From positions 1 to 64,000 of the forward strand of contig JAVKIP010000013.1 in assembly GCA_031459385.1 (NCBI GenBank): DNA of 64,000 bases, read 5' to 3'. The notes beneath the pieces are model-generated. The model saw nothing but the letters and a program-made list of their open reading frames with translations, was not told the DNA's origin and searched no databases. Shown piece after piece: positions 1 through 10,021 of this stretch. The DNA is from Candidatus Fervidifonticultor secundus. Its GTDB lineage: Bacteria > Sysuimicrobiota > Sysuimicrobiia > Sysuimicrobiales > Humicultoraceae. Every line of letters begins with the position of its first letter. The stretch's first letter is position 1. Both the position numbers and the translations under genes were made by a program.

Positions 1-156
1 TTCGGCACCGACTCCACCTGGTGGTCGGGCTACCGGGGGCAGATCGTCGCCGAACAGGTCGAGGTGCTCCGCCGGCTGGACCTGAGCGACGCCGACCGGG
101 ACGCGATCCTGGCCGGGAACGCCCGGCGGATCTTCGGCATCCCGGCGCCGGCCTAG
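1..156 (+). CDS. Amidohydrolase-family protein, C-terminal fragment (truncated by window edge)
   Basis: Frame 1 reads FGTDSTWWSGYRGQ...LDLSDADRDAILAGNARRIFGIPAPA*; FGTD...I.G.NA..F is the typical amidohydrolase_2 C-terminus. Confidence 0.75.
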   Translation, partial: FGTDSTWWSGYRGQIVAEQVEVLRRLDLSDADRDAILAGNARRIFGIPAPA

Positions 157-355
157 CCTGCCCGCCGCCCAGCAGGCGCGCAGCGCGCCGGCGTGCAGGG
201 CGCGCGCGCCTGCCGGTGATTTGGCCGGTGCATCAGGCGCGAATCCCGCCTGATTTTTGCCCGGTTCGGGCACTATCCTCTCCGGAAGCCGTGGGCGCGT
301 CAGGCGCCGGACCGACGTGCGCGGCCCGACACCCTTCAACCGGAGCGTGCTGCTC

Positions 356-1507
356 ATGGCGCAGACTCCCCACCCCGTGTCCGGCGCGCCCGGGCCGCGC
401 CGGGGGCCGGTCCTCTACCACCTGGCCGACGTTCGATTGGGCGGGACGTTTCCGTTCCTCGGCGAGGCCGGCGCCGCGCACCGGCGGCAGATCCGCGAGA
501 CGTTCGTCAGAGCCGTGGACGCGGGCGTGGACCTGCGCCCGACCGTCGTCCTCATCACCGGCAACCTGTTCGGCACGCCCGTGCCCTCGCGCGAGCTCAT
601 CGAGTTCGCCCGCGCGCAGGTCGGACGCTTCACGAGCCAGGGGATCCCGGTCCTGATCGCGGCGGGCCCCTTCGATCCCCTCCATGAGCGCAGCTACGCG
701 CTGGGCGCGTTCACGGGTCTCGAGCACGTGACGGTCTTCCCCGCCGCGCCCAGGGCTGTCGACGTTGCCGACGGCGCCGTGCGCGTCGTGGGAATCTCGT
801 GGAGCGGCGCCCCGGTCTCGGTCGACTTCCTCACCGCGCTGGCGCGCCACCCGCGGCGGCCCTACCTGGTAGGCGCGGGATGCCTGGCGCTGCCCGACGG
901 CGAGGAGGGGCTGGCGGCGCTGCGCCGGCTCGTAGATGGCTCCGGCGCGCACTACCTGGCACTGGGCCACTCCCCCGTGCGCCGCGACGTCGGTTCAGAG
1001 CGCGTCACCGCCCTCTTCCCCGGGGCCCCGGAGCTCGTCGCGCCTGTCGAGGGCGAGGGGTCGCCGGTGCTGGTGGAGTTCCAGGGCGACCGCGCACGAC
1101 CCACATTCGTACCCGTGGGACGCCGCCGCTTCCAGCGCCTGGACGTGAACGCGGCCGCGTGCGCCGGCACCGACGACCTCGCCGCTGCCATCCGGGCGCT
1201 GGGGAGCCCGGACCTGGCAGCCGTCGTGCGCCTGACCGGCACGCTGCGCCTGGATCAACACTTCGATCTCGACCACGTCCTGGCGCGCGCCCGCGACGCG
1301 TTCCTGGCGCTGGAGCTGGAGGACGAAACGGTCATGGCCGCTGCGGAACTGGCCGCAGCCCGGTTTCCGGACCTGTCGGCTGCGGGCGCCTTCGTAACCG
1401 TGGCGCGGCAGGAGCTGGACCGCGCCCAGAGCCCCGACGCGCGCCGGATCGCTGGTGCCGCGCTGCGGCTCGGGCTGGCACTGCTGGAAGGACGGCGGGT
1501 CCCGTGA
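356..1507 (+). CDS. Mre11/SbcD/YhaO-like metallophosphoesterase-fold protein with degenerate metal-binding motifs
   Basis: HLADVRLG, ITGNLFG, AAGPFD, LALGHSP, FPGAPE and RLTG follow the SbcD motif order; stop overlaps the next start (GTGA); ATG 356 chosen over TTG 257. Confidence 0.85.
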   Translation: MAQTPHPVSGAPGPRRGPVLYHLADVRLGGTFPFLGEAGAAHRRQIRETFVRAVDAGVDLRPTVVLITGNLFGTPVPSRELIEFARAQVGRFTSQGIPVLIAAGPFDPLHERSYALGAFTGLEHVTVFPAAPRAVDVADGAVRVVGISWSGAPVSVDFLTALARHPRRPYLVGAGCLALPDGEEGLAALRRLVDGSGAHYLALGHSPVRRDVGSERVTALFPGAPELVAPVEGEGSPVLVEFQGDRARPTFVPVGRRRFQRLDVNAAACAGTDDLAAAIRALGSPDLAAVVRLTGTLRLDQHFDLDHVLARARDAFLALELEDETVMAAAELAAARFPDLSAAGAFVTVARQELDRAQSPDARRIAGAALRLGLALLEGRRVP

Positions 1508-3642
1508 AGATCACCCAGCTGCGCCTGAGGCGGTTCAAGCGGTTCGCGGACTACAACGCGGCCTTCGCGCCCGGGCTCACGGTCGTGCGCGGGCCCAACG
1601 GCGCGGGCAAGACCACGCTGCTGGAGGCGGTCTTCGAAGGGCTGTTCGGCGGCCCGGCCCGGCCGGAGGACGCCGCGCGGCTGCGACCGTGGGGCGAGGA
1701 CCGGCTCGGCGAGGTCACTATGGATCTGGACGTCGACGGCGGGCGGTGGCTGCTGCGTCGCGACCTGGAGGCCGGCACGATCCTGCTCCAGCGCGCCGAT
1801 GGGGGAGAGCGCGTCGAGGCCCCGCGCGACGTGCACCGGCGGCTGCTGGACTGGCTGGGGCTCGCCTCCGAGGGCGCGTATCGCACAGCGGCGTTCGTGG
1901 GCCATGCCGACCTGGCGCGCATCACCGACGACCGCCGGCTGCTGGCCACCCACCTCTCCCGGGTCCTGAGCGGCGCGGGCATCGAGCGCTTGCAGGAGGC
2001 CCTGCAGGTGCTGGGGGAGCGGCGGACCCATCTGACCGCCGCGCTGCAGGGGCCGCGCAGCGCTCCCCACCGGATCGCGGACCTGCGCGCGCAACAGGCC
2101 GCCCTGCGCCAGCGGGACGAGCGCCTCCAGCGTCACCACCTCGAGCTCGACGAGCTGGTGCAGCGGGCCGCGGCCGTCGAGCGCGAGCTGGAGGCCCGGG
2201 CCGCGCTGCTGCGCGAGATCCGCCGCGCCGCGGACCTGCGGGAGCGCCAGGAGGCGCTGGCCAGCGAGGAAGCCGGGCTGCGCGAGCAACTGACACGCGT
2301 GGAGGAGCAGCTCCGGCGCCTGGCCGAGCTCGATGAAGCCCTGGCCGCGTTCTCGTCGCACCAGGAAGCCCTGGTCGCCGGCCTGTTCCAGGCGCGCCGG
2401 CAGTACCTCCAGGTGCAGCAGCAGCTGGCGGCCGCCCGGGACCAGGCGGCCCGCGAGGAACGGGCGCTCGAGCGGCTGGCCACCGCACACCACGCGGTCC
2501 GGCAGCTGGGACCCAAGGGGTGGACGCTGGCGACGGCGGGGGCGATCGGCGTCGCCGCCGGCGCTGGCATCGTCACCATACTGCAGCACTGGCTGGGATG
2601 GATCGTGCTGGCGGCCGGTGGCGGCGTCACGGTGGTGGGGATGCGCTACCGCGGCCGCATCATCGAGGCCAGCGCCGACTACCGGCAGCAGGAGCAGCGG
2701 GTCCTCGAGCTCCGGCGCCGCGTGGGCGAACTGCAAGAGCAGCTCGCCCATGCCGAGGCGGCGGTGACGACGCGGCTGCAGGCCATGGGGAGCGCCAGCC
2801 TGGAGGATGTCGAACGCCGCTTCTCCAGCTACATGGACCAACTGCGCGAGCGCGAGGAGCTGCGGGCAGCCCTGCGCACGGTCTGGGGCCCGGACCCCAG
2901 GACCGTGCTGGAGCACCGGCTGCAGGCGCTGGCCGATGAGCTGGCGAGCCTGCGCGCGGCACTGGAGGAGATCCCGCGCACCGCGCGCGGGCCGGCTGCG
3001 GATCAGGACGAGATCGAGCAGCAGGTGCGGCAGCTCACAGCCGAACTCCACGAGCTGCGCGAGCGGCGGGCGCGGCTGGAAGCCGCCGCCGAAGAGCTGC
3101 GCGACCGCGGCGACGAGGTCGCACACCTGGAGGAAGAGATTGCTACCCTGGAGGCACGCGCGGCGCGCGACCGGCAGGCCCTGCAGGTCACGGACCTGGC
3201 GCTCCGCATGCTGGACGCTGCCCGCTCGCTCTCGGTCTACCCCGCACGCCGGCTGCTGGAACGCCGCGCGTCAGAGTACCTGGCCACGGCCACCGGCGGC
3301 GTCCACACGAGGATCACGCTGGACGAGCGGACCCTCCGCCCCCTCGTGGGCTCCTCCGCGGGCGGCTGGCGGGAGGCTGCAGACCTTGGCCAGGGCACGG
3401 CTGACCAGCTCTACTTCTGCCTGCGACTGGCGCTGCTGGACGTGATGGCGGGTGACCGGCGGCCGCCGCTGTTCCTCGACGAGCCGTTCGCGCACCTGGA
3501 CGAGACGCGCCGGGCGGCCATGCTACCGCTGCTGGTGGCCGCCGCCAGGGAGCGGCAGGTGGTCCTGAGCACGGCCTGGCCGCACTTCGACGCCGTGGCG
3601 GATCGCATCATCCTGCTCGAGCACGCCCCGGCGCCCGCTTAG
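1504..3642 (+). CDS. Rad50/SbcC/YhaN-like SMC-family ATPase with coiled coil and central transmembrane hairpin
   Basis: MKITQLRLRRFKRF start, Walker A GPNGAGKTT, long heptad coiled coils, two hydrophobic segments (WTLATAGAIGVAAGAGIVTIL, WLGWIVLAAGGGVTVVGM), LGQGTADQLYFCLRLAL, Walker B LFLDEPFAHLD. Confidence 0.9.
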   Translation: MKITQLRLRRFKRFADYNAAFAPGLTVVRGPNGAGKTTLLEAVFEGLFGGPARPEDAARLRPWGEDRLGEVTMDLDVDGGRWLLRRDLEAGTILLQRADGGERVEAPRDVHRRLLDWLGLASEGAYRTAAFVGHADLARITDDRRLLATHLSRVLSGAGIERLQEALQVLGERRTHLTAALQGPRSAPHRIADLRAQQAALRQRDERLQRHHLELDELVQRAAAVERELEARAALLREIRRAADLRERQEALASEEAGLREQLTRVEEQLRRLAELDEALAAFSSHQEALVAGLFQARRQYLQVQQQLAAARDQAAREERALERLATAHHAVRQLGPKGWTLATAGAIGVAAGAGIVTILQHWLGWIVLAAGGGVTVVGMRYRGRIIEASADYRQQEQRVLELRRRVGELQEQLAHAEAAVTTRLQAMGSASLEDVERRFSSYMDQLREREELRAALRTVWGPDPRTVLEHRLQALADELASLRAALEEIPRTARGPAADQDEIEQQVRQLTAELHELRERRARLEAAAEELRDRGDEVAHLEEEIATLEARAARDRQALQVTDLALRMLDAARSLSVYPARRLLERRASEYLATATGGVHTRITLDERTLRPLVGSSAGGWREAADLGQGTADQLYFCLRLALLDVMAGDRRPPLFLDEPFAHLDETRRAAMLPLLVAAARERQVVLSTAWPHFDAVADRIILLEHAPAPA

Positions 3643-4599
3643 ACGGGTAGCGTGATGGTGAACCGGCTGCCTTCGCCGGGAGTGCTGGCGGCGCTGACGG
3701 TGCCGCCGTGCGCTTCGGCCAGGGCTCTGACGATCGCCAGCCCCAGGCCGCTGCCTCCCGTCGCCCTGGCACGAGAGGCGTCCAGCCGGTAGAAGCGGTC
3801 AAAGATGCGCTCGAGCTCATCGGGCGGGATGCCGGGGCCGGTATCCTGCACCCAGAGACGGACGACGCCCGGTCCGGTCTCCACGCCCACCGTGACGCGC
3901 CCGCCGCGCGGCGTGTGGCGGATGGCGTTGTCCAGCAGGTTGTGGACCATCTGGAGCACGCGCTCGCGGTCGACCCGCACCCGCGGCGGGGAGTCGGCCG
4001 CCCGGTACTCCACCTGTACCTGCTTCTCATCGGCCGCGGCGGCCACCGCGGCCACTGCTTCCGTCACCAGCGCGGCCAGATCCATCGGCCGCCGGTCCAG
4101 CGGCAGCCGGCCGGCCTGCGCCAGCGACAGGTCGCGCAGGTCGTCCACGAGCCGCGAGAGCAGGCGGACCTGCCCGTGCAGGGCCGCCAGCCGCTCGGGC
4201 TATGCCGCGACGACGCCGTCGAGCATGCCTTCCAGGTTCGCCTGCAGCACCGACAGCGGCGTGCGGAGTTCGTGGGCGATGTCGGCCCCGAGCTGCCGCC
4301 GGGCGTCTTCCAGGCGCTGGAGGTCCGCCGCCATGGTGTTGAAAGCGCGCGCCAGCGCACCGAGTTCATCGTCGGAGGGCACGGCCACCTGCTGCGCCAG
4401 ATCCCCGCGGCCGATCCGGCTGGCGGCCTCGGCCATCTGGCGCAGCGGCGCGGTCAGGTAGCGCGTCACGGCGATGCCCACCAGCACCGCAGCCAGCACG
4501 CCGGCCAGCGCTGCCAGCCACGTGGCCCGCCGCAGCGCCCCCAGGAACCGCAGCTCGGGCGCCCCCATCATGCGCCGCATCATGGCCGACATGCCGGCG

Positions 4600-5454
<855 letters not shown>

Positions 5455-5456
5455 GG

Positions 5457-5840
5457 TCAGGGCGACGTCACTTCCCTCTTGAGGGTCTCGTACTCCTCAC
5501 GAGTGATCTCGCCGCTGGCCAGCCGGCGCTTGAGGATCTCGAGCGGCGTCTCCCGGCCGCCCGGCCCAGCGCCCGCCGCGGTCCCCGCCGGCTCCGCGCC
5601 GGCACCCGCCGCCGGCCGCCGCACCAGCGCGGCCACCGCCAGGGCGATGCCGACTACGATCAGCCCCCAGAAGACCAGCCCTACGGCCGGGATCCCCCAT
5701 CCGCCTCCCCAGCGGCCATCCCAGCCCATCATGCCATGGCCCATCCAGCCGCCCATCACACCAACCATTCCCAGCGCGGGCAGCAGGACGAGGACACCAA
5801 GCACCACGAGCACCACGATCGCCACGTCTCGACCCGTCAT
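5457..5840 (-). CDS. SHOCT-domain small membrane protein, Met/Gly/Trp-rich
   Basis: GMVGVMGGWMGHGMMGW, two hydrophobic helices, C-terminal PLEILKRRLASGEITREEYE; AGGAGG RBS. Confidence 0.85.
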   Translation of the reverse strand: MTGRDVAIVVLVVLGVLVLLPALGMVGVMGGWMGHGMMGWDGRWGGGWGIPAVGLVFWGLIVVGIALAVAALVRRPAAGAGAEPAGTAAGAGPGGRETPLEILKRRLASGEITREEYETLKREVTSP

Positions 5841-5917
5841 CGCACGCCCCTCCTGGACCCCGCGGGTCCCACCGCGCAGGCAGGCCCAACGGAAAGCGTA
5901 ACAGGCCCCTCATGTCT

Positions 5918-5972
5918 ATGATAGGAGCGGCCGGTGCACGCGGTGTGAACCGCCCGTGAATCTTCCGTGAAC
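5918..5972 (-). promoter_or_regulatory. Promoter of the SHOCT-RR-HK operon with four 11-bp-spaced direct repeats (candidate OmpR-type boxes)
   Basis: GTG(C/A)A at 5934, 5945, 5956 and 5967 (period 11); TATCAT -10 on the minus strand at 5923-5918. Confidence 0.65.
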
Positions 5973-6013
5973 GGCGCAGCCCCCAGGGCAGCGCTGGTAC
6001 AATTCAAGTGGAG

Positions 6014-7093
6014 ATGTCCACGACCGCCCTTCCTGCTGTCGCCACGGGGCTTGCGGCGATCCTCGACACCCGCACGGCCGAGGGTGCCCTGGTGGAGCGC
6101 CTGGCCGGCGGCAAGGTGCGGTGCGTGGCTTGCGGCCACCGGTGCGTAATCTTCCCCGGGCACCGCGGCATCTGCAAGGTGCGCTTCAACGACGGCGGCA
6201 CCCTCCGTGTGCCGTGGGGGTACGTGGCCGCGCTACAGTGCGACCCCACGGAGAAGAAGCCGTTCTTCCACGTGCTGCCCGGGTCGCGGACGCTGACGTT
6301 CGGCATGCTGGGGTGCGACTACCACTGCCCGGGATGCCAGAACTGGATCACCTCGCAGGCGCTGCGCGACCCTGCGTCCGGCGTCGAGCCGCTGGACGTC
6401 GCGCCCGACGACCTGGTCCACCTGGCTCGCCACCACGGCGCACGCCTGGTGGGCAGCTCGTACAATGAGCCGTTGATCACCGCGGAGTGGGCCGTGGCCG
6501 TCTTCCAGCGGGCCCGCGCCGCGGGGCTGCGCCCCTGCTTCGTGAGCAACGGCAACGCCACCCGCGAGGCGCTGGACTACCTGCGCCCCTGGTGCGACTG
6601 CTACAAGGTCGACCTGAAGGCGATGCGCCAGGACCACTACCGACAGCTCGGCGGCGTCCTCGACCACGTGCTGGAGACGATCCGCATGGTCTGGGCCATG
6701 GGCTTCTGGCTCGAGGTCGTGACGCTCGTGATCCCGGGGTGGAACGATGCCGACGAGGACCTGGCGGCGGCCGCCCGGTTCATCGCGTCGGTGTCCCAAG
6801 ACATCCCCTGGCACGTGACGGCGTTCCACCCGGACTACCGCATGACCGATCGCGGCTGCACGCCGCCGGCAACGCTGGTGCGGGCCGCCCGCATCGGCCA
6901 GGCCACAGGGCTGCGCTACGTGTACGCGGGGAACCTCCCGGGCCAGGTCGGACGATACGAGCACACCTGGTGCCCGTCGTGTGGCGCGCTGCTGGTGGAA
7001 CGCACCGGCTTCCTGGTGGGACAGAACCGGCTGGCCGCCACCGGCGGAGCGTGTCCCGACTGCGGGACGCGCATCCCCGGCATCTGGATCTGA
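6014..7093 (+). CDS. amrS: AmmeMemoRadiSam-system radical SAM enzyme
   Basis: CVACGHRC...GICKVR, DPTEKKPFFH, CDYHCPGCQNW (CxxxCxxC), SYNEP, C-terminal CPSCG and CPDCG; TGGTACAAT extended -10 just upstream. Confidence 0.9.
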   Translation: MSTTALPAVATGLAAILDTRTAEGALVERLAGGKVRCVACGHRCVIFPGHRGICKVRFNDGGTLRVPWGYVAALQCDPTEKKPFFHVLPGSRTLTFGMLGCDYHCPGCQNWITSQALRDPASGVEPLDVAPDDLVHLARHHGARLVGSSYNEPLITAEWAVAVFQRARAAGLRPCFVSNGNATREALDYLRPWCDCYKVDLKAMRQDHYRQLGGVLDHVLETIRMVWAMGFWLEVVTLVIPGWNDADEDLAAAARFIASVSQDIPWHVTAFHPDYRMTDRGCTPPATLVRAARIGQATGLRYVYAGNLPGQVGRYEHTWCPSCGALLVERTGFLVGQNRLAATGGACPDCGTRIPGIWI

Positions 7094-7154
7094 GCCGACG
7101 CGCCCTCCTGCGCCCCCGTCCCGGCAGGCATCTCTGGCCCCTGTCGCGGCGGCG

Positions 7155-8435
7155 TCACGGGCCGCCGTGCTCGTGTGCAGGCAGGGCGTTCGCCTTTGCG
7201 ATGGCGGCGTAGAGAGCGGCGCTGGGCCGCGGTGCACGCGCCTGCGTGCGCTCGTCGAGGGCGTACAGGCCGAAGCGCAGGCTCCACCCGTCGTTCCACT
7301 CGAAGTTGTCGACGATCGACCAGTGGTAGTACCCTCGCACCGGGCAGCCCTCGGCGATGGCGTGCGCCACGCGTCGCACGTGCTCGATGATGAACCGCGG
7401 CCGGAGCCGGTCGTTGGCGTCGGGCAGGCCGTTTTCGGTCACGTATAGCGGGACGCCGTAGCCGCGCGCCCGGCGCAGCACCGCCAGCAACCCGTCGGGA
7501 TGCACCTCCGCGAATCCCCGGTCGGAGAGGGCCGCGCTCCCGGGCGGGCCGGCGCGCACGAACAGGGTGTGGGGCCGGAGTGGATCCAGCCGCACCCGCG
7601 TGCGCGTGTAGTAGTTGATGCCCAGGAAGTCCAGGGTCCCCGCCCCACCGTCGATGCGCAGGCGCAGACCGCCCGGACCTGCCAGATCACCGCTGCGCAC
7701 CGCATCGAGGTACAGCCAGTTGAGCGCGTAGTCCAGACGCGCCGCCAGGGCGGCCTCGAGGCCCCGCCCCCGCGCGGGCTCCACCGGCCGCAGGTACGCA
7801 GCCAGGCCCACCTGCGCGTCGGCCTGGGCAGCGTGCACGGCCCGGTACGCCGCGGCGTGGGCCTGCAACGAGTGGCGCAGCGCGCGCACAAAGGCCACAG
7901 GGTTCGCACGTCCCGGAGGGAACTGGCCCAGCAGGTAGCCGCTCAGCAGGTAGCCCATGGGCTCGTTGAGCGTGATCCAGCGGGTGACCAGCTGGCCGGC
8001 GGCGTGCACGACCCTGGCGGTGAACCCTGCGAACGCGCCGACGATCCCCCTCCAGGCCCATCCACCGCGCGCCGCCACCCACTGCGGCAACGTGAAGTGG
8101 TTGAGCGTCACCATCGGCTCAAGCCCGCGGTCGCGCAGGCCCCGCAGCATCTCCAGATAGCGATCCATCGCCGCATCGTCCCAGCCGCCGGGTGCGGGCT
8201 CCAGGCGGCTCCACTCCAGGGAGAGGCGCACCGCGTTGAGGTTGAGGCCGGCGATCAGGTCGAAGTCGCGCTCGGCGGCGCGCCACCAGTCGCACGCCCG
8301 GCCTGAACGGCTGCCGTCGCGGATGCGGCCCCGCGCTTCCCAGGCCCACCAGTCGGCGGCGGTGTTGTCGCCCTCGAACTGGTAGGCGCTGGTGGCCACG
8401 CCCCACCGGAACCCCTGGGGAAAGGTCGCTGCCAC
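7155..8435 (-). CDS. Glycoside hydrolase family 1 (beta-glucosidase)
   Basis: FPQGFRWGVATSAYQFEG, TLNEP acid/base, VTENG nucleophile, DNFEW; GGAGG RBS before GTG 8435. Confidence 0.95.
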   Translation of the reverse strand: MAATFPQGFRWGVATSAYQFEGDNTAADWWAWEARGRIRDGSRSGRACDWWRAAERDFDLIAGLNLNAVRLSLEWSRLEPAPGGWDDAAMDRYLEMLRGLRDRGLEPMVTLNHFTLPQWVAARGGWAWRGIVGAFAGFTARVVHAAGQLVTRWITLNEPMGYLLSGYLLGQFPPGRANPVAFVRALRHSLQAHAAAYRAVHAAQADAQVGLAAYLRPVEPARGRGLEAALAARLDYALNWLYLDAVRSGDLAGPGGLRLRIDGGAGTLDFLGINYYTRTRVRLDPLRPHTLFVRAGPPGSAALSDRGFAEVHPDGLLAVLRRARGYGVPLYVTENGLPDANDRLRPRFIIEHVRRVAHAIAEGCPVRGYYHWSIVDNFEWNDGWSLRFGLYALDERTQARAPRPSAALYAAIAKANALPAHEHGGP

Positions 8436-8549
8436 AGGGACGCCTCCCTCGCGCGTGGAATCGGCCCTGGCGGTCGCTTTCCGGCGGTGCCGGGCCCCCT
8501 CCTGCAGCGAGCCGGGTACGCCGGACGGGCTCCAAACAGGCGGGCAGCC

Positions 8550-9323
8550 ATGTCGAGCCACTTCCACGCGGTGGGGTTCCCGGTGCGCGAGATGCGCGAG
8601 TACTGGCGGCTGGGCCAGCGAGCCGTCGCCGCCGGCGAGCGCCTGGGAACCGCCCTGGGACACGGCCTCTTCCGCTGGGCGCCCGGGGGTGGCCCGGAGA
8701 TCTGGGCGCTGGCGGATGCGGCCGGCGAGGTGGTGAGCGCGACGCCGTTCTTTGCCACGGACGACACGTACCGGCTGGCCGTCACCGGCAGCGGCGCCTC
8801 CGACGAGCAGGGCCTGGAGGGCTGGGTAGACGGCTGGCTCAACCCCACCGACGGCGACGAGCCCTTCTCGGGCGCCTTCCCCTTGCGCGTGGACGTGGTG
8901 AACTACGCGCTGGTGGCGCAGCGGCTGCAGAAGGGTGCGGTCGTACCGGTGCGCCTCGTCCTGCTCCTCCACGAGGCCACCCTGTATCCGACCGAGGGCG
9001 CCTACGCGGCGATCAGGGAGCGCGAGTACCGCCCGCCGCTGCCCTCGGTGTCGTCCAGCGCCCACTTCGACGTGGAAGAGGCCGGGGAGGAGGCGGAAGC
9101 CACGGCCCTGGTAGTGGGCCATATCGTCGAGGCCCTGGAGCTCATCAACACGGCCACCGAGGCCGCCTTCTGGTGGATGCGGCTGGGCGTGGCGCCGGAC
9201 CTCACCCTGCCCGCGGCCACGGACCGCGAGGTGTTGCCGGTCGAGCCGCGCGTGGGCAACGTCGTGGCAGCCAGCGGGTGGGTGCTGGGCGAAGTGCTGG
9301 AACCCGCGGCGCGGAGCGGGTGA
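8550..9323 (+). CDS. Hypothetical protein (weak resemblance to DUF3881 family)
   Basis: Open 257-aa ORF with protein-like composition; MSSHFHAVGF start and C-terminal NT.T...FW...L...P.VG..V....W pattern; family call tentative. Confidence 0.65.
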   Translation: MSSHFHAVGFPVREMREYWRLGQRAVAAGERLGTALGHGLFRWAPGGGPEIWALADAAGEVVSATPFFATDDTYRLAVTGSGASDEQGLEGWVDGWLNPTDGDEPFSGAFPLRVDVVNYALVAQRLQKGAVVPVRLVLLLHEATLYPTEGAYAAIREREYRPPLPSVSSSAHFDVEEAGEEAEATALVVGHIVEALELINTATEAAFWWMRLGVAPDLTLPAATDREVLPVEPRVGNVVAASGWVLGEVLEPAARSG

Positions 9324-9386
9324 CCCGCAGGACGCCCCAGTGCCCCACGGGCCGCAGCGCAGCCGCGGGTGACAGCGCCCCGCTCT

Positions 9387-9980
9387 CTATCCCAGGATCA
9401 GTTCCTCGTCGACGCGGCGATAGTCGTGCAGTTCCGTCGGGGTGAACCACAGCCCGACCTCGAATGCCGCCTCCTCCAGCGATCCCGAGGCATGGATGAG
9501 GTTGCGCACCGGGCGCTTCTGGAGGTTGGCGACTGTCGGGGAGTCCGCCGAGTAGTCCCCGCGGATCGTTCCCGGCGCGGCCCGGTAGGGCAGCGTGTCG
9601 CCGACGATCTTGCGAACCACGGACACCGCGTGCGTACCCTCGAGCACCATGGCCACCACGGGGCCGGATCCCACGAAGTCGACCAGCCACTGACGCACAC
9701 GGCGGCCGATCTCGAGCGGGTCGTCGGTGCCTGCCTCGCGGCGCACGTCGAGGCCCGCCGCCTCGAACGCCTCGCGGGTCTTGCCCCCGATGGTGAGCAG
9801 GAAGCCTTCGTCGGCGGGATAGTGCCGCTCGAGGAGCTCGCGCGACGCGCGCAGCATCTTGAGCCCGACGATCCGTAGCCCGACCCGCTCGAACCGCCGC
9901 AGCACCTCGCCCACCAGCCCGCGGCACACGCCATCCGGCTTGAGGAAGACGAGGGTGCGCTCCGTGCGTGCCGTGGTCAT
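9387..9980 (-). CDS. ndk: Nucleoside-diphosphate kinase (long form with internal insertion)
   Basis: ERTLVFLKPDGV, SGPVVAMVLEG, PGTIRGDY, NLIHAS; GGAGG RBS. Confidence 0.95.
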   Translation of the reverse strand: MTTARTERTLVFLKPDGVCRGLVGEVLRRFERVGLRIVGLKMLRASRELLERHYPADEGFLLTIGGKTREAFEAAGLDVRREAGTDDPLEIGRRVRQWLVDFVGSGPVVAMVLEGTHAVSVVRKIVGDTLPYRAAPGTIRGDYSADSPTVANLQKRPVRNLIHASGSLEEAAFEVGLWFTPTELHDYRRVDEELILG

Positions 9981-10021
9981 GCTCCACCTCCTGGATCGTG
10001 CCGCTATAATGGTACTCACCG

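Noticed and set aside
1255..3126. Long antisense or alternative-frame ORFs (also 14543-17434, 34196-36757, 38848-41322, 49490-51910)
   Set aside because: Shadows of real genes in very high-GC DNA; Arg/Pro/Gly-rich with no motifs
356..3642. Wadjet or Lamassu-type SMC defence system
   Set aside because: No kleisin, KITE or effector genes nearby; architecture fits the YhaO/YhaN type
4200..4202. Genome-wide TAG reassignment or pyrrolysine
   Set aside because: TAG terminates many genes here at their expected ends, and no pyl genes are in the window
7155..9122. 655-aa GH1 fusion; likewise the 1072-aa DUF1501 and 641-aa IMPase ORFs
   Set aside because: Extensions overlap other genes and lack motifs; better starts exist at 8435, 30374 and 28016
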